Shown: positions 58,470 through 64,000 of the stretch, piece by piece
Numbering within the stretch: the first letter of the stretch is position 1
Layout: every line of letters begins with the position of its first letter
Assembly (NCBI GenBank): GCA_018435605.1
Contig: JAHDNF010000008.1
Coordinates: forward strand, 1,192-65,191
Length of the DNA stretch: 64,000 nt
Direction: 5' to 3'
Origin: a bacterium
GTDB taxonomy: Bacteria; Auribacterota; Auribacteria; Auribacterales; Auribacteraceae
Position numbers and translations under genes: made by a program
Notes under the pieces: generated by a model
What the model was told of the DNA's origin: nothing
The model's database searches: none
The model's input: the letters and a program-made list of their open reading frames with translations, nothing else

Positions 58470-60023
58470 ATGGGGCAGAACGGATTGATTATACTCGTAA
58501 CTATACTCGCGGGAGCGGCAGGTTTTTTTGCACGTAAGTATCTTTCTGAAAAGAAAATAAAAACAGCTGAGGCTCAGGCACAGCAAATTATTGCGGAAGC
58601 GGATAAAGAAGCTAAATCCCGCAAGAGGGAAATGGAAATTGAGCTTAAGGACAAGTATCTTCGTTCTAAGGCGGAATTCGAAAAAGAAACTAAAAACAGG
58701 CGTCAGGAGCTTTTGCATCTGGAAAAACGTGTGATGCAGAAAGAAGAATACCTCGACCGTAAAGTTGATGTCCTTGAGCGTAAAGAATTGGATGTCAACG
58801 CACGTGAAAAGAAGCTCGGAGAGAAAGAAAATCGGATTAAAGAACTTGAGAATGAGTATCAAAAAGTTTTGGAAGAAGAACGTAAAAAACTGCAGTCTAT
58901 TTCTGGATTAAGCAGAGACGAAGCGAAAAAATTATTGCTTGATAGTCTGGAATCCGAATTGACTCAGGAAGCGGCCTCTAAAATACGGCGGTTTGAGGGG
59001 GAAACAAAAGCGAAAGCCGACAAAATGGCTCGTAATATAATAAGCGCTTCAATACAGAGATGTTGTGTAGATCATGTGGCTGATATTACCGTTTCTTCTG
59101 TGGCGTTGCCAAGTGATGAAATGAAAGGGCGTATTATCGGTCGAGAGGGACGCAATATCCGAGCTCTTGAAGCCGCAACCGGTATAGACATAATTATCGA
59201 CGATACTCCGGAAGCAGTTATTTTGTCGGGTTTTGACATGGTACGGCGTGAGATAGCTAAACGCACCCTTGAAAAATTGATTGAGGATGGGCGTATCCAT
59301 CCGGGACGTATTGAGGAATTGGTGGAAAAAGTTAAAAAAGAGATGGACGAGCAAATACGCGAAATAGGCGAACAGGCGGCATTTGATGTCGGTATACATG
59401 GACTCGATCCTGAATTAATTTATTATATCGGCAGGCTGAAATATCGTACCAGCTATGGACAGAACGTATTACAGCATTCTATCGAAGTCGCTAATATCAT
59501 GGGTATTATGGCAAGCGAACTTGGACTTGATGTGCAGATAGCAAAACGGGTCGGGTTGTTACACGATATCGGCAAAGCTATGACACATGAGGTCGAAGGT
59601 CCTCATGCCGAAATCGGCGCCGATCTTGCAAAAAAATTTGGTGAACCTGCTGTAGTGATAAATTCAATCGGCGCGCATCATGGAGATATAGAGGCTACAA
59701 CTATTTATGGTATATTGGCATCTTCAGCTGATGCCATATCCGCCGCACGTCCCGGGGCTCGCGCGGAAACATTGCAGGCATATATCAAACGTCTTGAGCA
59801 GTTGGAAACACTTGCGGCTGAGTTTGGCGGTGTTGATAAAGCGTATGCTATTCAGGCTGGACGGGAAATACGTGTGATTGTAAGCCCTGATCAGTTAAAT
59901 GACGACGATTCGATTGTTCTTGCACGAAACGTTGCCAATAAGATACAGGATGAGCTGGAATATCCCGGTCAGATAAAGGTTACTGTCATTCGTGAAACTC
60001 GATGCGTTGAATACGCAAAGTAA
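58470..60023 (+). CDS. rny: ribonuclease Y
   Basis: N-terminal TM helix, coiled coil, KH domain ([15 protein letters not shown]) and HD domain (LLHDIGKA). Confidence 0.9.
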   Translation: MGQNGLIILVTILAGAAGFFARKYLSEKKIKTAEAQAQQIIAEADKEAKSRKREMEIELKDKYLRSKAEFEKETKNRRQELLHLEKRVMQKEEYLDRKVDVLERKELDVNAREKKLGEKENRIKELENEYQKVLEEERKKLQSISGLSRDEAKKLLLDSLESELTQEAASKIRRFEGETKAKADKMARNIISASIQRCCVDHVADITVSSVALPSDEMKGRIIGREGRNIRALEAATGIDIIIDDTPEAVILSGFDMVRREIAKRTLEKLIEDGRIHPGRIEELVEKVKKEMDEQIREIGEQAAFDVGIHGLDPELIYYIGRLKYRTSYGQNVLQHSIEVANIMGIMASELGLDVQIAKRVGLLHDIGKAMTHEVEGPHAEIGADLAKKFGEPAVVINSIGAHHGDIEATTIYGILASSADAISAARPGARAETLQAYIKRLEQLETLAAEFGGVDKAYAIQAGREIRVIVSPDQLNDDDSIVLARNVANKIQDELEYPGQIKVTVIRETRCVEYAK

Positions 60024-60034
60024 AGCGCGGTATA

Positions 60035-60811
60035 TTGATGAAATTATTGTTTATCGGTGACATTGTAGGACGTCCGGGACGCGATGCCGTATGTGAAAGA
60101 GTGCCGGAGATTATAAAAGAATTTTCTATAGATTGTTGTATAGCAAATGCCGAGAACGCCGCAGGTGGTTCTGGAATAACTCCGAAAGTGGCTGATCATC
60201 TACTGTCAAGCGGTGTAGACCTGTTGACTTCCGGAGATCATATCTGGAGAAACAGCGAGATATTTCAACTGATTGACCGAACTGACAAGGTTATCAGGCC
60301 TGCTAATTTTTTAACGACAGTTCCCGGTCGAGGCAGTACGGTTATCAAGTTGCGTTCCGGTGTGCAGATAGGTGTGATTAATTTGCTTGGAAGGGTTTTT
60401 ATGAATCCTATCGAAAATCCGTTTCAAGCGGTGATGCGGGAAATCGAATCAATTAAGAAGCAAACTTCGGTTATTCTTGTGGATGTGCATGCTGAAGCGA
60501 CATCGGAAAAAATTGCTATGGGATGGTATCTTGACGGCGTGGTATCTGCTGTTGTGGGCACTCATACCCATGTACCTACAGCGGATAATAAGGTGTTGCC
60601 TAACGGAACGGCATATATTACCGATGTCGGGATGGTCGGCGCGCGTTATTCCGTGCTTGGACGCGATGTTCATGCGGTACTAAAACATTTTACAACCGGA
60701 CTGCCTGCTAGATTTACAGTTGCAGAAGGTGATATCGTCTTGCACAGTGTAATAATCGATATAGACGAACATACTGGGAAAGCTCGTGACATTATACGAT
60801 TGGAGAGGTAA
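60035..60811 (+). CDS. YmdB-like metallophosphoesterase (TIGR00282 family)
   Basis: MKLLFIGDIVGRPGR..., GDH, HAEATSEK motifs; directly after rny as in Firmicutes. Confidence 0.8.
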   Translation: MMKLLFIGDIVGRPGRDAVCERVPEIIKEFSIDCCIANAENAAGGSGITPKVADHLLSSGVDLLTSGDHIWRNSEIFQLIDRTDKVIRPANFLTTVPGRGSTVIKLRSGVQIGVINLLGRVFMNPIENPFQAVMREIESIKKQTSVILVDVHAEATSEKIAMGWYLDGVVSAVVGTHTHVPTADNKVLPNGTAYITDVGMVGARYSVLGRDVHAVLKHFTTGLPARFTVAEGDIVLHSVIIDIDEHTGKARDIIRLER

Positions 60812-60813
60812 TT

Positions 60814-62094
60814 ATGCATGAAAATCTCGCATCGCAAATTCTTGACGACCTGAACGGCCAATCGGCTACACCGGATCACACTCTAGGGCGGATATATACG
60901 GTTTCGGAATTGACCTGCCGGATAAAAGAAGTACTGGAATCTGAGTTTCCGCCCATGTGGCTGGAAGCGGAAATATCCAATTTTAGAAAACCTGCATCAG
61001 GACATTTTTATTTTACTCTTAAAGATGCGCAAAGTCAGATTTCCGCTATAATGTATCGTTCAAGCGCCCAACGTGTCGTATTTAAATTGGAAGACGGTAT
61101 GAAAGTCATGGTATACGGCAGGGTAAGTGTTTATGAAAAAGGCGGAAATTATCAGATTATAGCGACAATTATCGAGCCGCGCGGAGTTGGCGCGTTACAG
61201 CTTGCATTTGAGCAGTTGAAAAAGAAATTGATGGAAGAAGGATTGTTTGACAAAAAATACAAAAAAACTATACCGATGCTTCCATCTCGGATAGGTGTAG
61301 TTACATCACCGACAGGGGCGGCGATACGTGATATTTTGAATGTAATAAACCGCCGTTTTTCGAATATTCAGCTTCTTATCGCGCCATGCCGCGTACAGGG
61401 CGACGAAGCTCCGGCTGAAATAGCGCAAGCCATAGATGAACTGAACCGTCTGAATTGTGTCGATGTGATACTGGTTACCCGAGGCGGGGGAAGTATAGAA
61501 GATCTCTGGGCGTTCAATAGCGAACTTGTAGCCAGAAGTATATTTCGATCTAATATTCCCATTATTTCGGCGGTAGGCCATGAAATCGACTGGACTATAG
61601 CCGATTATGTAGCCGATTTGAGAGTACCCACACCGTCAGCGGCGGCTGAACTTGTGGTAGGTAGTAAAGAAGAGTTTATCAGTCGTATAGCTAATTTCGA
61701 AAAACGTCTTTATTCCGGTATGCAACATTATATGAATATTCTGAAGAACAGAGTGTTGCGTCTGTCTCAAAGCAGGGTGTTTATCGAACCGCAGAATCGC
61801 ATACGGCAGTACCAGCAACAAGTTGATGAATGCGAATTGCGTATAAATCAATCGTTAAGCTCCGTAATGTCGCGAAGGAAACATCAGCTTGTCGTATTGT
61901 CTGAGAAACTCCATGCGTTCAGTCCGTCGTCGGTTATGTTGCGAGGTTTTTCAATAACTACAAAATACGGGGTTGAAGGAAGCATAAAATCGGTCAGACA
62001 AGTCGATCCCGGAGATAGATTGAAAACATATTTTTCCGACGGTGAAATATCTTCTACTGTAGACAGAGTATATTTCAAAGGGGAAAATAAATAA
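60814..62094 (+). CDS. xseA: exodeoxyribonuclease VII large subunit
   Basis: OB-fold N-terminus and TRGGGSIEDLWAFN motif. Confidence 0.9.
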   Translation: MHENLASQILDDLNGQSATPDHTLGRIYTVSELTCRIKEVLESEFPPMWLEAEISNFRKPASGHFYFTLKDAQSQISAIMYRSSAQRVVFKLEDGMKVMVYGRVSVYEKGGNYQIIATIIEPRGVGALQLAFEQLKKKLMEEGLFDKKYKKTIPMLPSRIGVVTSPTGAAIRDILNVINRRFSNIQLLIAPCRVQGDEAPAEIAQAIDELNRLNCVDVILVTRGGGSIEDLWAFNSELVARSIFRSNIPIISAVGHEIDWTIADYVADLRVPTPSAAAELVVGSKEEFISRIANFEKRLYSGMQHYMNILKNRVLRLSQSRVFIEPQNRIRQYQQQVDECELRINQSLSSVMSRRKHQLVVLSEKLHAFSPSSVMLRGFSITTKYGVEGSIKSVRQVDPGDRLKTYFSDGEISSTVDRVYFKGENK

Positions 62095-62142
62095 CTGGAA
62101 AAATTTCATTTTATATAGTATAACATATATATTATATTCAGA

Positions 62143-62682
62143 ATGTGTGAGGAGATTATGAAAGAAAAAAAGTTCGAGCAAGCTATAACTGAACTTGAAT
62201 CAATTGTAGATATTATGGAAACAGGCGAATTATCGCTTGACGAATCCCTGCAGAAATATGAAGAAGGGATAAAACTGGCTAATTTCTGTAAATCTAAACT
62301 CGAATTCGCTGAAAAGAAAATAGAAATTATTCGAAAGAAGGCTGACGGATCAACTACCATAGAAGATTTTGATAAAGAAGAAACCGAAGGAGAAGTATCC
62401 GAGGTTTTACAGGAAAAAAATAAGGTTTTTACCGATAACTCCATTCCAGTTTCTGTGAATGTCGTTAATGCTGAAGATACGCTTAAAGAAGATATAACTG
62501 AATCTGATACGAACAATGAGAAGGTAAATGCTGTGCATCGAGAACAGGACAGATTCGAGAAACTTGAAAAAATCAATGAAGATTATGATGAAGAATCTGA
62601 AGATTCGGATGACGAAGATCAACCGGAAAGTCCGACGTTGCGCGATTCGGGTGCTGAAGAGGATGAGAAACTGTTGTTCTAA
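62143..62682 (+). CDS. xseB: exodeoxyribonuclease VII small subunit with roughly 100-aa acidic C-terminal extension
   Basis: N-terminal roughly 75 aa are the canonical XseB (FEQAITELESIVDIMETGELSLDESLQKYEEGIKLANFCKSKLEFAEKKIEII). The remainder is Glu/Asp-rich low complexity. Confidence 0.75.
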   Translation: MCEEIMKEKKFEQAITELESIVDIMETGELSLDESLQKYEEGIKLANFCKSKLEFAEKKIEIIRKKADGSTTIEDFDKEETEGEVSEVLQEKNKVFTDNSIPVSVNVVNAEDTLKEDITESDTNNEKVNAVHREQDRFEKLEKINEDYDEESEDSDDEDQPESPTLRDSGAEEDEKLLF

Positions 62683-62699
62683 GTACAAAGGGATGGCGT

Positions 62700-64000
62700 A
62701 TGACTAAAAAATACTTGTTTGATATAAATTCACCACAGGACGTTAAAAAGATTCCTCAGGATCAACTTCCGATTTTATGTCAGGAAATTCGTGATCTGAT
62801 AATAAAAGTGGTGTCCATGCGCGGCGGGCACCTTGCGTCAAGTCTAGGAGCGGTTGAAATTATAACAGCTTTGCATTATCTGTTCGATGCTCCACACGAT
62901 AAAATTATCTGGGATGTCGGACATCAGGCTTATGCCCATAAAATACTTACCGGCCGTAGAGAACAGTTTTGTTCGCTGAGAACTTACAAAGGAATCAGCG
63001 GTTTTCCGAATCAGTTTGAGAGTATTTACGATACGTTTATTGTAGGTCATGCAAATACTGCGATTTCGGTTGGACTGGGTATGTTGACTGCCATGAATAT
63101 GCGCCGGATAAACGGAAAAGTAATTTCTGTTATCGGTGACGCGACTTTGACCGGCGGAATGGCTTATGAAGCGTTAAACAACGCAGGGCATATGAAGAAA
63201 AATTTTCTTGTTATCTTAAATGACAATGAAATGGCGATTTCAAAAAATGTTGGCGGTATGTCTAAATATCTCAACAAGATAATTACCGCGCCTATTTACA
63301 ATCGTCTGAAAAAAGATATAAGCCTTCTGTTAGAAAAAATCCCTACTATCGGTCATAATGTGATTAAAACTTCTCAGAAATTGGAAGAGAGCATAAAAAA
63401 CCTTATCGTACCTGGAATCATATTTGAGGAACTAGGATTTCGTTATTTCGGACCTGTGGATGGGAATGATATTTTTGAGTTGATAAAGATAATAAAAAGC
63501 ATAAAAGATAATTCTGAACCTACTATTTTGCATGTAATTACAAAAAAGGGTAAGGGTTATAAACCGGCTGAGGAAAATCCGGAATCGTTTCATGGAGCCG
63601 TGCCTTTTATAATTGAGACAGGAGAGCCGGCGAAAAAAACAAGTGTGACGCGATATACCGATGTATTCGGCGACGCGCTGGTAGATATTGCTAAAGAAAA
63701 CACAAAAGTCGTTGCCATAACCGCGGCGATGTGTTCCGGAACAGGCTTGAAACAATTCGAAGAAAAATTTCCGGATAGGTTTTTTGACGTTGGAATAGCC
63801 GAGCAACACGCAGTCACTTTTGCCGGAGGCATGGCTAAGGAAGGAATGCGTCCTATTGTCGCTATTTATTCTACATTTTTACAGCGTTCATACGATCAGG
63901 TTATGCATGATGTGTGTTTACAGAATGTTCCTGTTTGTTTTGCGATTGACAGGGGAGGATTGGTCGGCACGGATGGACCGACTCATCATGGCGTGTTTGA
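62700..64000 (+). CDS. dxs: 1-deoxy-D-xylulose-5-phosphate synthase, 3'-truncated by the window edge
   Basis: MTKKYLFDINSPQDVK...GGHLASSLGAVEIITALH...GHQAYAHKILTGRR... TPP-binding GDG motif; the frame is open to the window end. Confidence 0.9.
   Translation, partial: MTKKYLFDINSPQDVKKIPQDQLPILCQEIRDLIIKVVSMRGGHLASSLGAVEIITALHYLFDAPHDKIIWDVGHQAYAHKILTGRREQFCSLRTYKGISGFPNQFESIYDTFIVGHANTAISVGLGMLTAMNMRRINGKVISVIGDATLTGGMAYEALNNAGHMKKNFLVILNDNEMAISKNVGGMSKYLNKIITAPIYNRLKKDISLLLEKIPTIGHNVIKTSQKLEESIKNLIVPGIIFEELGFRYFGPVDGNDIFELIKIIKSIKDNSEPTILHVITKKGKGYKPAEENPESFHGAVPFIIETGEPAKKTSVTRYTDVFGDALVDIAKENTKVVAITAAMCSGTGLKQFEEKFPDRFFDVGIAEQHAVTFAGGMAKEGMRPIVAIYSTFLQRSYDQVMHDVCLQNVPVCFAIDRGGLVGTDGPTHHGVF

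Noticed and set aside
1-64000. CRISPR arrays or other regularly spaced direct repeats
   Set aside because: No repeat-spacer periodicity was noticed in any intergenic region. Every gap longer than 150 nt is explained by promoters, tRNAs or the 6S-like element.

Overview
Bacterial chromosomal window of about 40% GC containing roughly 60 genes, mostly conserved housekeeping genes with Firmicutes-like gene order. Recognised blocks are accB-accC-asp23; thrS-infC-rpmI-rplT-pheS-pheT; zapA followed by a 6S-RNA-like element, rarA and ygfA; rny-ymdB; and xseA-xseB-dxs. A riboflavin cluster (ribBA-ribH-nusB ... ribD-ribE-thyX) also carries ftsY, a PHP phosphoesterase, rpsU and a DUF523/TudS gene. Two envelope-polysaccharide loci flank the riboflavin cluster. 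The first has an O-antigen-ligase-like protein with a TPR tail, a WecA/MraY-family transferase, a GT4, RmlD, an RmlA-like nucleotidyltransferase, a flippase-like protein and a sugar-phosphate isomerase. The second has two GT4 genes, a WcaF-like acetyltransferase and an AsnB-type amidotransferase. There are two tRNAs (Gly-CCC and Val-GAC), an MCP chemoreceptor and the queE-queC pair. Three regions look accessory or uncharacterised. The first is a 5'-truncated YD/Rhs-repeat protein at the window start. The second is a 1602-aa N-terminally anchored giant protein with an internal GT-B/GT9-like (heptosyltransferase-like) domain. It lies next to a tightly overlapping operon that mixes ADP-heptose genes (gmhA, a stand-alone hldE domain II, a PfkB kinase) with thiD2-thiE. 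The third is a four-gene block at 39.8-44.2 kb: a 429-aa orphan protein, a secreted TPR-like protein, a membrane anti-sigma factor (zf-HC2/FecR) with no nearby sigma factor, and a TM-TPR protein with a basic, proline/serine-rich tail. Among the conserved genes, notable features are a 6S RNA (ssrS)-like structured RNA between zapA and rarA/ygfA, and the classic AUU start of infC. Nothing was computed; coordinates near ORF-track boundaries are trusted from the track, and my own position counts may be off by 1-2 nt.
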